Position numbers and translations under genes: made by a program. Below the pieces are notes generated by a model that had not been told where the DNA came from, made no database searches, and worked only from the letters and a program-made list of their open reading frames with translations. A stretch of DNA of 58,653 bases, counting the filler, from Catajapyx aquilonaris (Eukaryota), in NCBI GenBank assembly GCA_000934665.2. It is 2 parts of 2 records of this genome, joined end to end, with 100 filler letters (N's around TTAATTAATTAA, not from the genome) between each part and the next. Parts side by side here need not be neighbours in the genome. Positions count along the whole stretch, not along the records: positions 1 to 29,277 come from JYFJ02004819.1; 1 more part is not named here. One strand, given 5' to 3'. Shown here one piece after another: positions 15,101 through 28,309 of the stretch (positions are counted from its first letter, which is position 1; every line of letters begins with the position of its first letter).

Positions 15101-18100
15101 CATCACATGTGGATGGACAAAAAAATTGTCTTGTTGCCCAACTGTGAATTACTTATTTTTATATGTGTTAGGCTGAAACCCCGAAAAGGCCATTGGCCGA
15201 AAAAACTGACGATACCGAGGTCCGGTTGCCTTTGACACAGCCAGACCTAGGTGTGGTTATTCCAAACCATCCCGAACTAGGTGTGGGCGTTTTAAAACAG
15301 CCACAGCTAGTTCTAGTCGTTCCTGCTTATTAATATGCCTATGGATATGGAGGTGATGGGGCGATGGATGGTGAATAAGAAGTAACAACCAGAACTAGCT
15401 GTGGCTGGTTTGGAAATTAGCAGAACTAGGTATGGCTGGTTTAAAACGACCACACCTAAGTCTGGTATTTTGAAGGTTTTTTTCGGCCAATTGCCATTTT
15501 GAGCCTAACATATCCATAAATGATAAATTATGTTAAAAATTCTGCATGTAAGTACTTTGGATTTAGCTTGTTACATGTTCAACAATGATATTGCTACAAG
15601 ATGCACTTCTGTTCACCTGTGTTGGAGAGTTTATCAGATTCCATTCTACGTAGGAAGTAATGAGGGATTTGACTGTGCACAAACGTCAAGAAATGTGAAG
15701 AACTCTCCCTCCATCCCTCTGCACCCAGTTTTCCGACCACTTGCACAAGTCCATTGCTTCCAACAATGGCATATGTTGATTGGTCTGGCCAGACCGACTC
15801 ATCCAATGGGTTCAAATGCCCCCAACAGTAGGACATTGAGCTTTATACAGGGTGGTCAGTAAATGGCGCACAAGCTTCAGGTAGCGAGATTCCTTGTGAA
15901 AAACCAGTATATGGAAGTGAAGGTCACATTGCTCTATGAGACCTGGTTAGGGCTCACGAGGCCTCCAAAGTTTGGGCCAAATCATGATCGTCACATCCGC
16001 CCGGGAAATTCAAACACTACTGTATCGCTGCCATACGTGATGTGTTGGTAGGCGTTGCTATGTTGACATCCCCCACGTTCACCAAACAATGGAACCGTAT
16101 AAACTTGCAGGGACGCTGCCATACCGTCGTTCCCACGACGGTATGGCAACGTCCCTGCGAGCTTCCATTCATTCCCTTCTTGCCCCTTAGAATATGCTTT
16201 AGATAATGCAGAAAGAGCATAAAAACTTGACTTGTCTTCACATCTCTCTCCAGGATAGTGGACAACCTTCCCTGTGCTACTCGCATTGAACATCCAGAGA
16301 CCCATCAGGTGCAGTATGAGCATGGATACCGGCTGGGGCAGACCAGGGGAGAGGCCTCGTACATTAACAACCACCTGCGCCTCATACTGTCTTACAACAC
16401 TGATGACCAGGTGCACTTTCGGGTTGTGGGATTTGAGGTGGATGCTGTCAGTGTTGACAGGTGAGAAGGGATTCAGACTTTGTTATGAAACTTGTGGAAA
16501 CAACAAGGAAGGCCTTTTGCTTATTATGGAGTAACAGGCAGACAAGTGGTGTCAAGTGTCCCACATTGAGGGCCATTTGCATACTTTCCACCTTTGTTTC
16601 TCATATGCAGTCTCATATATATCATGTTTACTTTACTGTATGTAATCAAACTGCTTGTTGTAGTCCCACTTTGGCTATGTCCCATCTAATATGCTTTTTT
16701 GTATTGTTCCACAGATCAGAACTTCACTTTGAAGGTGACACATGCTCCTTCTCAGAGAACCCAAAACCTCAGGAGGTAGTCAAGGGCAAGGATACTTCCC
16801 TGTTCTTTACATACTCAGTAGAGTGGAAGCAATCAGAGGTGCGATGGGCTTCTCGCTGGGACATCTACTTGGCCATGAGTGATGTGCAGATCCACTGGTT
16901 TTCTATTGTCAATTCAGTAGTGGTTGTCTTCTTCCTCTCGGGGATCCTTACCATGATCATTGTGAGGACTTTGAGGAGGGACATTGCCAAATACAACCAG
17001 GATGAAAGCATGGATGAGACAGTGGAGGAGACTGGCTGGAAACTAGTCCATGGGGATGTGTTCAGGCCACCCAGGCATCCCAGGCTCTTCTCTGCGGTTA
17101 TTGGCAGTGGGATACAGATATTCTTCATGGCCCTTATCACCATCTGTAAGTCAAGTGTTTCAGACCCATACACAAGATAATAATATTGTAAATTAATGTT
17201 GCTTTCACAAGGTACATAACTTTTCATTTTACTGTCAGTGAAAGATCACATAACAGTCTGCCAGACCACTACTCATCACTTCTAATCCAAAACATAATCC
17301 CTAGGAGCTAATGTCTGGAGCTAAGACCTAAAACTGCAGGAAAAGAAACTGTGTAGCACTTATAATTGAAATCAAATATTGATCTGTTAAAATAATCATA
17401 AATTATTATCAGACATTATTACTGAGGCAATCTTTACATAGGCTGGCCTTTGTAACTTTGTGGCTGGGAATCCCCTCCCCCAAATCCCCAGTACCCACAC
17501 CCATCAGCTGGGCCCACTACTCCCAGGAGCAGTTACTCAATTGCATTCCAGCAAGGCTGAAGTTGAGAAACCTATGGATGAAATCATAGTGGGGCTGCAT
17601 AGAACAGTTGGAGGGAGAATGACAACTTCACAGATCTGGACAATGGTCATTCTTGGGGTGCACTATCTGAACACTATTCCTACCCCGTCACCATTTTTTG
17701 CCAGCTGCTGATATCAGTATCAACGCAGACACTCTGATGTGACATTTTGAGCATATGCGATATTCAATAATTATGTACCTACTTCATGATGGAAAAATGC
17801 TTATTATAAAATCATCTCTTGGGGCTTGAACAGTATGGACATTTATCATTTAGTTGTAAATCTGTAGTTCACACAAGTTAATTGGTACCGGTACGGTGGA
17901 AATTCAGTTGGGCCAAGCTAACTGTAGGGAGTGAGAGGTGAACGTTAAACTGCTGAGTGTATGAATCCCTGACTGCATGTCACGAATGTCCTTGACAGAG
18001 GCTTCAAGTGTGAACAGTTTATCAACCTGTAATTATACCATACACAATTACTCTGTCATGCTCCGGTACCGGTACCGGTACGGTGGAAATTCAGTTGGGC

Positions 18101-19685
18101 CAAGCTAACTGTAGGGAGTGAGAGGTGAACGTTAAACTGCTGAGTGTATGAATCCCTGACTGCATGTCACGAATGTCCTTGACAGAGGCTTCAAGTGTGA
18201 ACAGTTTATCAACCTGTAATTATACCATACACAATTACTCTGTCATGCTCCATGTTCATAGATGTTTGATGTTCTTCTATGAGGTGTCTTACCCAAAGTA
18301 TACTTTTGGCTGTCAGGAGGATCATTTGCACGTCTGTTGCATGAGTTGACAGGCATTGTCATTAGAGCAACATTAATTGTGATTTGCTATGAAAACGTCA
18401 AGTACAGTTATAAATTATCGTTGTTAATTCATTTCTCTTAATTTTACTGATTAATTCGGAATTTGGTTATGCATTGTGATGACTTCAGAATTTATTTTTT
18501 CCAGTCTTTGCAATGCTGGGCATGCTGTCCCCTTCATCTCGTGGCGCTCTGATGACAGCGGCAATATTTTTGTATGTGTTTATGGGAGTGATCGCAGGCT
18601 ACTTCTCAGCCCGATTGTACAAAACTCTGCGAGGGAAGGAGTGGAAGAGGGCAGCCTTCCTCACTTCCTCACTCTACCCATCCATCGTATTTGTCACCGG
18701 CTTCTTCCTAAACTTCTTCATTTGGGGGAAGCACTCTAGTGGAGCTGTACCCTTTCCCACCATGCTCTCCCTTTTCTGCTTATGGTTTGGGATCTCGCAA
18801 CCCCTTGTCTTCTTGGGGTACTATTTTGGGTATCGCAAGGCACCCTATGAGCATCCAGTCAGGACAAACCAAATCCCCAGGCAGGTTCCTGAGCAGATTT
18901 GGTATATGAATCCAATTCTCTGGTGAGTCATGTGTTCTTACTTAATCCTTTTATAAGTTAATTTTTCCACCAATTGGATGAAAACGATGAGTTATTATCA
19001 TGTCATTTCTATCGCAGCACCCTGATGGCAGGAGTGCTGCCATTTGGAGCCATGTTCATTGAGCTGTTCTTCATCTTCACGGCCATCTGGGAGAACCAGT
19101 TCTACTACCTGTTTGGGTTCTTGTTCCTGGTGTTCATTATACTGGTCATATCGTGCTCTCAGATCTCAATTGTCATGGTCTACTTCCAACTATGTGGAGA
19201 GGTAATTGAGCTCCAGCTTCTTGCAGATAGTGTACTGCAAGTCACATAAAATTCCCACCTCATGACCTGAGTTCAATGACCAAATAACTTGATAATGAAC
19301 CAATTGATTTCACAGAATTCAATGATAAAAAGAATAAAAGACAGTAGGGAGTTGAATTCTGGTTGTGTGACAAGGTGGTGAAGCAATTTCTGTGTAATTG
19401 TGTCCTCCCAACAATCTTGCACTCATTACATTTTCCAATTACCAGGACTACCACTGGTGGTGGAGGAGCTTCATGGTCTCGGGTGGCTCTGCAGTATATG
19501 TGTTCACCTACTCCATCTTTTACTTTGTGACCAAACTTGAGATAACAGAATTCATACCTACACTTCTGTATTTTGGATACACCGGCCTCATGGTAGTTAC
19601 CTTCTGGCTGCTTACTGGAACCATTGGATTCTATGCCGCATATGTGTTCATCAGGAAGATATATGCTGCAGTCAAGATCGATTGA
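12184..19685 (+). CDS. TM9SF4: Transmembrane 9 superfamily member 4 (nonaspanin), 626 aa
   Basis: Exons 12184-12195 (MAAT, GTAAGC donor), 12828-13216, 16254-16460, 16715-17145, 18505-18922, 19018-19201 and 19446-19685 total 1881 nt in frame. Signal peptide then [60 protein letters not shown], and the C-terminus IYAAVKID typical of TM9SF4. AATAAA at 20148-20153. Confidence 0.96.
14001..14500. mobile_element. PIF/Harbinger-like MITE (500 bp) in TM9SF4 intron 2
   Basis: TIR GGGCCGGTTGCACC(G/A)GTCGCGGTATATGG at both ends, 3-bp flanks TGA/TTA, and internal CCGCGG-TATA repeats. Confidence 0.82.
15166..15510. mobile_element. MITE-like inverted-repeat element
   Basis: TGTTAGGCT...AGCCTAACA ends, ATTGGCCGAAAAAA/TTTTTTCGGCCAAT subterminal inverted repeats, and repeated CTAGGTGTGG motifs in both orientations. 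Confidence 0.65.
17884..18251. repeat. Perfect 181-bp direct tandem duplication
   Basis: 17884-18064 and 18071-18251 are identical by eye and separated by GGTACC. Confidence 0.92.
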
Positions 19686-20447
19686 GGAGATAAGCCGCCT
19701 ACAATTTGGGAATCAATAAGATTTTAAAGTGATATCTCAGGAAAATGAGAAGGAAATACAGAATGTGTGCTCATTGCGCTGGACCTAAAACAGTTTAATT
19801 TATTGTGTAAGCTGGATCAAAGGACCATCGCACCGGATTTTTTGTGCTATGTGTGTAAGTGTGGACTCGTTTTTTTGTTGCTTACATAAAAAAGTGGTCT
19901 TCCGTTTGATGGACGATTTAATTTGCATTCCATGGTAACAGGCATGCATGCCATGCGCGTTAATTCACCGCACTATTCTCGCGATTAGGACTGCAGTGAT
20001 AGGAGATAAAAGGAAGGAACGTATTTTTGTAAGAAGCGTGGCTGTAAAAATGCGAGATTGGCATGTGTGACAGTTTCTAATCACAGTTTTTAACTTATTT
20101 ACAACTAGCAACACCATTTTCTTTGTTGATGGCTGTCATGTTTTGGCAATAAAACAAGGGACATCTCAATGTCTGATGTACTCATTTCATTGATCCCTCT
20201 TGGTGAGGTCACGGACTTGGCAATGGGGAGGCTTTTTTCCTCCCATTTGTAACAGGCTTGGGAAGGCCATTAGAGGAAGGTCATCTCATATGACTCACAA
20301 ACATGTCTGTTGAAACTGCAATGGAAATGACATACTACTGGTACAGTAATGCCTACGTGCAAGTAAGCATGGATACTATTGCTTTTATCACATATGATAA
20401 CAAATCAGGGAAATACTAATAAATGATTGATGTCTATATTCGCTTAA

Positions 20448-20731
20448 CCCTGGAACCGTGCCGTGGGGTCTTTTTGGACCCCAAGGAAAAAAAATGCATT
20501 AAAATGATCATTACAATGAACTTCTGCAATTTTTTTTACAGTATATAACAGGAAGTGCAGGTTTATTTTGAATTAGCGATCATTTTAGGCATTGTTCAAA
20601 GAATGATTGTATATAGTCAATACATTGAAAAGTATTATACAAGTATAATAAAAATTCAAAATATGGTGGGGTCGGAAATGACCCCACGGCACGGTTGCCA
20701 TAATACTCGTAGGCACAGCACAGTTCCAGGG
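20448..20731. mobile_element. piggyBac-type MITE (284 bp)
   Basis: TTAA|CCCTGGAACCGTGCCGTG ... CACAGCACAGTTCCAGGG|TTAA, with a subterminal inverted copy ACCCCACGGCACGGTT at about 20681. Confidence 0.85.
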
Positions 20732-21139
20732 TTAATAGCTTATTGAGGAGATGATAAAGCATGTTTCTGGTCAGATCTCTCCTGTGCCATACAAATTGTT
20801 TAAGAGCATAGGCTGGGTTGCTAATTGCACCTGGTCAGTCACCACAAAAGGTGAGGCGATAGGATATCACAAGGCTGTCTCCCGGATAAGCACAGCACTT
20901 GACCTGTGTACAAAAGGTGTGTCACCGTGTAGGTTGCACACCAACCGATTTATTCTTGGGCCATGGAAATGACCCACATAGGTACATACGACCAGAACGT
21001 GACATTATTTGAATCCTGTCAGACATCCGGCGCAAGGTGGCAATGACGACGTGTCGAGGGTCACGTAGTACGTGCGTATGCTACGTCCACCCTCCACCGT
21101 GTCATGTAAGCCCCCGTAAAAACGAGGCCACTTTTCGCA

Positions 21140-22230
21140 TTTCAATTGGCCGTGTCCCAATCGGAAAACGTCAATAACAATCGGGTCGCATATCGGGGAA
21201 AGGCAAGAGGAATCCCTCTCTCTGACGTCACACAACGCGGGGCATCCCACGCCCATCACCCTTGTGACGTCACCGGGGCGTCGTCCCCTCTCAGAAAAAA
21301 AAGTGGAAAAGGAGAGAGAGGGGCCACCCCTTGTTGACTGTATGGCTGGTATCACGCCCAGCCTCGTGGATGGGTCGAATGTAAAGAAAAGAAGAAAAAA
21401 AAAAACACACGCCTCACTCAGCTGTTCACGTGAACACATCCTTCCAGAGCATGCTTGACCCGCGTGATCACCCCGCTCCCAATTGGCTCCCCGTGGACCG
21501 CGCCCCCGATCCCTATTGGTCCACGCCCTTTCTCCCTCCCCCTCCTCTCGCAACATCGTCTCCCGTGCTAACAATACTCAAAGTTGCCAGACAAATCCCG
21601 GATCCACTGCAAGACGGATAGTGTTGTTTTGTTGTGCATCCAGTTTTGAATTCAATGGAGATTTTGGCAGTAAGCACCATGGCATTGTCGCCCCCATCTA
21701 CACCCCCTTTGGCCATACCACAGGTAAAAGACATTTCTTTGCAGGTGCATGTTGTCAGAACTATGCATGTATCCACGGAAATATCTACGTAAATGTATAC
21801 AATTCACTGCAAGATGCAATTTGCATTGTTTGGACCATAATAACTGCTGACACCTGATTGCAAAACAATAGAAAACCTCCCGTTTGAAAACGTGACGTCA
21901 CGGAGGAGGCTGCAATCCCAGTTTGCGGTAACCGGCTCTATATATAGCGGAACGACCTGCGTGACCGTGTCTTTGACCAGGTCAGCCTTTGACCAACCCC
22001 TCTCCCTCCCATTTTGAGAGACGAGATATGGATACAAATCAGTCCAAATTCAAATATACACATACACGCGCACACACCACAAAAGTGTGACGTCACTCGT
22101 CCCCCGAGAGTGAGGGCATGTGACGTCAGGGCTGGAGGGAGGGGACAAACAACCCGCCTCGCCTGGCAGCGTATCACGCCGTCGACCACGAATTGATCAG
22201 CAGGCCAGCACGTGATGGGAACGTGTGCCC
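21140..22230 (+). promoter_or_regulatory. KLF10/cabut promoter and intron-1 enhancer
   Basis: CpG-rich region. Five TGACGTCA CREs (21223, 21265, 21893, 22088, 22121), CCAAT/ATTGG boxes (about 21145-21162, 21479-21487, 21515), CCACGCCC KLF/Sp boxes (21248, 21521), CACGTG E-boxes (21427, 22209) and CTATATATAG (21938). Confidence 0.7.
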
Positions 22231-24877
22231 TGCAACCCCCCCTCTGGACACTTTACGCGTTTCTTTCAACCTCATTTCTTTTTTTCCCCCTGCAACATGC
22301 TTTCGGGAGTGGGTGGAGGAGAGGTGTGGCCGATGCCCGATGGCCAGACATTGCGGACACACTGCATTGTTGCGGTTTCAAATGATATGCTGTTATGCCA
22401 GCTGATAAATGCAATAATAAATAGTTGCCAAACCTGGTGTCGTAAGTCATTATGGATTATTGGAGGGCTATACATAGACTCGTAGATAAACAACTTGTGG
22501 GAAGCGTCACAGGGGTCTGATAAGAAGGTTGAAGGCAATTAGCGAAAAAATTAATGACAGTTGCACTATCAGCATGTTTATCAATGGATACTAACTTGTA
22601 AATGCATTTGTACACCAGCTGAGTATTGGTGTGTCACACACACTGATACAAGAGATCGATGCGCATTATTTGAAAAAGTCACATTTCAACACCAGCAGTA
22701 GTAATGCAAATTATGACATAACCATTCGTGCGATTGCCAGCGTAGTGGCTACACTTTCATCTGATATGCACCTAGAATTCTAGATAAACTGTAGTGGACT
22801 TGCCCATGCTGTTATGAGGAGTTAGAACCAAGCCCAATGCTGTTTTGACAAGCTATCACGTTTCAATTGCATGAGGGTCACATGCAACAAGCCCTCCCTC
22901 CCCCACACCACCTACAACTTTATCTGGGCTTAATAGCAGTCTAATGCGGGCTATTTATCATTGCAGATGACACATGATGAGGCAGATCTGGAGGTGGTGA
23001 GCACACTCCTGGCCATGTCTCGCTGCCAGGATGGGATGTCACCAGCGTCTTGCGAGATGTCGCACCTGCCCCAGTCGCCCAACCCATGTCCCCTGACTCC
23101 GCAGCCATCTGACAATGAGTTAGATGACTGTGAACCTGTCCGAAAGCGGGTACGCCAGGATTCTGAGCTTGCTAGGGTGCGTATCATTTCTTATTGCAGT
23201 TAATTCTTTTCATTTGCAAAAAGCTGCCTTGGAGTTGCCACTTTTGATGAGTGCCAATATTTGCATGATTCGTGGCCAGCCAGGCATACTAAACTTGAAT
23301 CATTGAGAAAGTTCAGCAGATAAAATTAGCTCTTGAACTGCAATAAGACACGGGATTTCTGAACTCTTTTTGAACACTTGAATTGATGCTTGGCTGCTTT
23401 GTAACCAGTGCCTCTCTACCCCCACAGCTTCTTCTCTCGGGAGCCACTCCTCCCCGCTCCCCCAGCCCAGATGCCACAAACCAGCAGCCTACAGGTGTGC
23501 CCGTATCGGTCATAATGCGAGCCAGGAAGGATGGAACCTGTGAACCTGGAAAGCCTGCAGCTGCTCCCACCACTCCACCCATCCCCAATGCCCTCCGCCC
23601 TATGTACCTCCCGGCATCCAAACCTGTGGCAATAGCTCCAAAGCTTCCCACCACTCAGATGATCCCACTGGTCACTCTCAATGGCAAGCAGCCAGTTACC
23701 CATATTGTCTTGGCGGCTCCTCAGGGCACTCAGCAAGATGGAACGCAGCAAATGCAGGCAAAGGGGTGTCAACAGCATCTCCTCTTGTCTCCAATACTGA
23801 TTTCAACAGCACCTACACTGACTACCACAGAGAGGCAGCCACAGCCTCACAGAAGAAGGACATACACTTGCACGTTCCAAGGCTGCACAAAGAACTACTT
23901 CAAGTCCTCTCACCTCAAGGCACATGTGCGCACACATACAGGTCAGTTGGGAGTGGTAGATATCAATAATCTTGTAGCAACTGACTCATATGAAGTTGAC
24001 CTATGTGGAAGAAAGGAGGGTAACTTTTGACAGGGAGGAAAGCACATCATGCAAATCAAAGAAATATGCTAATCAACAATAAATAATCATACTTTTCATA
24101 AGGTAAAAATGAAATGCACTATTGGCAGCTAATCCAGCACAAGAATAATAATTTTTGGCAAAAAGTAGGATCACATGTATAGGCCCTCCCTTGCATATCT
24201 AGCATAGGGCAACTTCATTTTGAAACACTGTTCAAGGTGCAGCAATTTTGATCTAATGCTAGGTTACCAGGTATAAGAAATAACATAATTGTATGATTTC
24301 AGCCCAATAGTCACACTCATTGTATTTAATTCCACATAAATATTCAGATGGTCAAGAAGGGATAATACACACTTGCCAAAAAAAATTTGATGGTACCCTT
24401 GTGCACATCTTGAATTAATTAAATTAAATTAAGTTAAATTAAAAAATTAAGGCACCTCCTGAACATTTCTTAATTAATAATATAGGCAGGAAGAAGCAGT
24501 GTTTCTGTTCCAGTGATATTAATTGACCACCCCTATTTTCCACAGGAGAGAAGCCATTTGTGTGCACCCATGAGTCTTGTGGACGCTCTTTCTCCCGCTC
24601 TGATGAACTCTCTCGTCACAAGAGGGTCCACACTGGGGAGAAGAAGTTTGAGTGCATGGTCTGCCAGCGCAGGTTCATGCGCTCTGATCATCTCACCAAG
24701 CACGTTAAGCGTCATTCAAAAGACAGAGTGGTTGTTGGCAACCATAGCAGTGCAGTCAACAATAGAAAAATCACCCCAACTGCCACCTATTCACAAGCAG
24801 TCACTGCAACCACAGCCACACACACACTGCTTTCCCTCCCACACTCGCTCAATCTCATCCTGTCACCTGCACATTGA
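21655..24877 (+). CDS. KLF10: Kruppel-like factor 10/11 (TIEG/cabut) orthologue, 374 aa
   Basis: Exons 21655-21723 (..LSPPSTPPL, cabut-like), 22967-23176 (Sin3-interaction helix [12 protein letters not shown]), 23428-23941 (PVSVIM, first finger [20 protein letters not shown]) and 24546-24877 ([20 protein letters not shown]) total 1125 nt in frame. Confidence 0.93.
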
Positions 24878-26513
24878 TGCATCTCAAGACAATTTGAAAA
24901 TCCATGATTTTGTGATATTGCAGACATTTTTTTTTGTTTGCTGATTTTTATAAAGTGTGCATAATGTACAGTTTCCATTTTTTGTTGGATGCAAAAAAGA
25001 ATTTCATCTCCTTAATAGAAAGCAGTAATAATTACAGTTGAACCGCCTCAACAAATCACAATTTCCACATACAGGTTGAAACCAAACGTTTGGATGAATT
25101 TTGACCCCTAATTAAACAAAGAGCAATTCAACTGTATGTAGCTGATGCTGACAGTTCCTTTCGTGAGTAACATCACAGTTCTCTCCCAAGGCAGCACTTT
25201 AAAATAATGACAAATGTTGTCACATTTTTTGATCTCTTAATATTTTTACATAATTCTTAGAATCGACATGTAACCATGGTTAATTGGAGACACCTGCATT
25301 TTCATGTTTATGCAGAGGCAATTTTCAGACTCTGATGTGTAACAGATAGGCAAAATATTCATGAATATTTCTTTACCTGGCATTCAGTATTCAAGCCAAA
25401 AAATTTCGCAAGACTCCATGCACAGATATCTGAGTCTGAAAGTTTCCATGCATATTTTAAAAGGGGCTGTGTGATATTTTCCAGTATGGCTTCTACTGAT
25501 GTGTATATATACCCAGTTTTCATTAAAAGTAGATGGCCATTTGTAACTCTCTCTTGTTCTCTTTTTCTCCCTGTGACCCCACTGTTACTACGCAACAGAA
25601 AGTTGGCCTTGCAGTACGCAGCCTTGGCTCTTTTTTTGTCTAGTTTATTGTCCAACAACATTCGCCAAGCTGTCTGTGGGCAGCTATAAAGTACAACAAG
25701 CCAGACAATATGCATAATCAGCCCATGAAATCACTCACTAGAAAATGGACTCAAGAGACTCAACATTTGACTTTTCAACCAGCTATTCCCATCATGCAGA
25801 ATTTGCTATGGTCAACAAGAAGGTAAACATGTGGTCACGTGCTTATCACATGTTGCAATTTCCCTGCCCATGTGGCAGAGGCGTGAAAAACAAAACTGGC
25901 CTAGTCCTGTACTGTCTCAAAATAGATAGCTGGACTCTTGACTAAACTCCCGTAAATATAAAAAAAGAAAGGAAGAACAAAGAGGTCAGCATCATGACAT
26001 TGCATATAAATGACACTGCCAATTGCAACCTAGACGCTATTTATACCACTGTAATCTGTGGCTTCACAAAGCCAGTCCCTGGAATCGGGCCATAAAATTT
26101 TGTGACCTTTACTGTGCAACTAATGCATATGCAGCAATAAAAACCTGTCGAACTCTCATCTTTCACTGGACCAATCCAGATAACTCCATAAGGATAATAA
26201 ATCCAAGATATCACCTATAATAATAATGACACTTCCTTGTATTTATATGACATGTAGATGTAGATTATTCACTCTTTCTTCTATCAGGTCACACTCAAGT
26301 CACAGAATTAATCATAAGCCTTGAAATTACTGGAAAAAGGATGCATAAAAAAGTAATCACCTGGTCCTCCATGCTGATCAATAATTTATAAGTGCATTGA
26401 AGAGTTAGACATTGGCAGTTGACAAGCAACAAAGGTGATCATGAATAATAATGTACTCATACACAGCACCCTTTTTTCGAGTCTTTGATAAAACCCACGG
26501 ACTTCTAACCCAC

Positions 26514-26809
26514 CTAACTGGAGTCAATGTGAAGCCACTTCTCCGTCACTTGCTCAATCTGCTTCGAGAGAATTGGGTTTCGAAGGCGTATCTTCACTTC
26601 CACCTTTCCACCAACCTGCTTCCTTCCTTCCATTATCTGAATGTAAAAATGAGACGATAGACATAAATATCTAATGTGTAAAAACTGTTTCAAAAGAGCT
26701 TCAAACTGCTATACATACATCAAATGAATCATGGAGGATACACTTGTTTTCCAAGGCAAGAAGCTTGACGTTTGCTGTCCCAATCAAAGCACTGCTCCGG
26801 AATAGACCA
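26514..26809 (-). CDS. l(2)gd1: CC2D1 / lethal(2) giant discs, last two coding exons (end of the C2 domain)
   Basis: Minus-strand exons 26809-26719 (GLFRSSALIGTANVKLLALENKCILHDSFD) and 26636-26514 (IMEGRKQVGGKVEVKIRLRNPILSKQIEQVTEKWLHIDSS*), joined by an 82-nt GTATGT...TTCAG intron. They match the recalled CC2D1A/B C-terminus (GR..GG..EV..R.R.P.......TE.WL.ID). Candidate minus-strand AATAAA at 25649-25644. Upstream exons not found. Confidence 0.9.
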
Positions 26810-27197
26810 CTGAGAAAACAAGATTATTAAAACTGAGATTATGTACCTGTGCAATAAGTGTGTATTACCATGGACAAATAGGTCTTAAAATTCCCATGCA
26901 TCTGTAAGGTAAACCAAAGGCACTCAGAAAAATGGTTCAGGCAATTAAACAGTAAAAACTATCAGCAAATTATGTCATCACTAGACATCCATTAACTGAA
27001 TAGTGACAGTTGTGAAATGTTGGCATCTTTGTGCATTTATACAGTGAAACCTATCTATAGGGTACACTGACTGGGAGTATAGCAGAAACTAATCTCCTGT
27101 AGAAAAATGTTGCAGTTCAAGAACAGAGGCAGGATTTCCCATTCATTTTAGCGTCATGTAATGGATGCAGTATAATGCTGTAATTGTTTGCGTTTTT

Positions 27198-27200
<3 letters not shown>

Positions 27201-27240
<40 letters not shown>
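27201..27240. repeat. (TC)20 microsatellite
   Basis: Read directly from the sequence. Confidence 0.95.
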
Positions 27241-27246
<6 letters not shown>

Positions 27247-28309
27247 GAGGGAGAGAGAGAGAGTGGTTTGTGGATTTGGGTGTAATGGAGAGCCTTGCCA
27301 GAATGTGGATACTACCTTATGGAAAAAAAGGAATGCTTTTCATTTTACCTGAGGATAAAGCTACGTAATCGTTTTATAGACCCCATTCTTCTTCACCAGC
27401 CCAACTTATTTGGAATCATTTATTTACCACTTCCATGCCCTGTACATCTTTTGTACACTTCAAGGCACTCAAAGCATGCCAGAAGGCCCCTAATTACAGA
27501 CTTAAGTCTATGGAACATATCCAGAGACAATCATGTTCATGCACCTAAAAAAAAATTCCTAATTCAGTATTGTTCAATGCAGTGGATACTTGTGTGATAT
27601 AAAATATTTTGCCAGAAATTATCGATTCTGCTATTTAGAGGTTTCACTGACTTGCAATACCATTCATCAGTTAAGTTCCAACAATAACTACATGACATAC
27701 ATGAAATATGTCGTAAAAACAGCATTAAAAATTTGCCTGATTTCTTCATCCGCTGCACCTGCTATAGCTAGGTCCATTCTGTGAAAATATTCCTTTCTGG
27801 CCCATTTCTGCTACAGAACTATGCATAAAACTGCACAGAAAATCCACCACCAGATTCAAAAAGTAACTTTGCAATAGAAAATATTTCTCTGAATATACTG
27901 AGTCTGCTATAAGCAAGTTTCATTGCATAACCATGGAAGACAGCTACAGGTAGAACCACAACACTAGCATTGAGTGAATAGCAAAACAAATAAAACTGAC
28001 CCCCTATATAACTTGCCCCTCATTTCCAAAATTATTATCTTGGACAAGGATGCAGGAGACACGAAGAAAAAAGGTGAGGTTGAAGATCAGAAATATACAG
28101 TGAATAGTGGGAATTGGGGGTGGGGGTGGAAGCACAGGAAGAGGGATCAGCAACACAGAGGGAGGAGCTATGTGGTAGCAGGAGAAGAGGGGCTGAAACA
28201 ACTGTGCAACTGCAGTTTGTGACCTGAGTAACTGAAAGTGAAGAAGCTAATAAAAATGGTATAATGTCCTCTCATTCCTCTCATATTTCTATTGCTCTTG
28301 GGTAAATCC

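Noticed and set aside
28001..28038. Possible extra minus-strand lgd exon (IIILEMRGKLYRG)
   Set aside because: The splice signals are plausible, but the peptide does not resemble the expected C2 strand before GLFRS.
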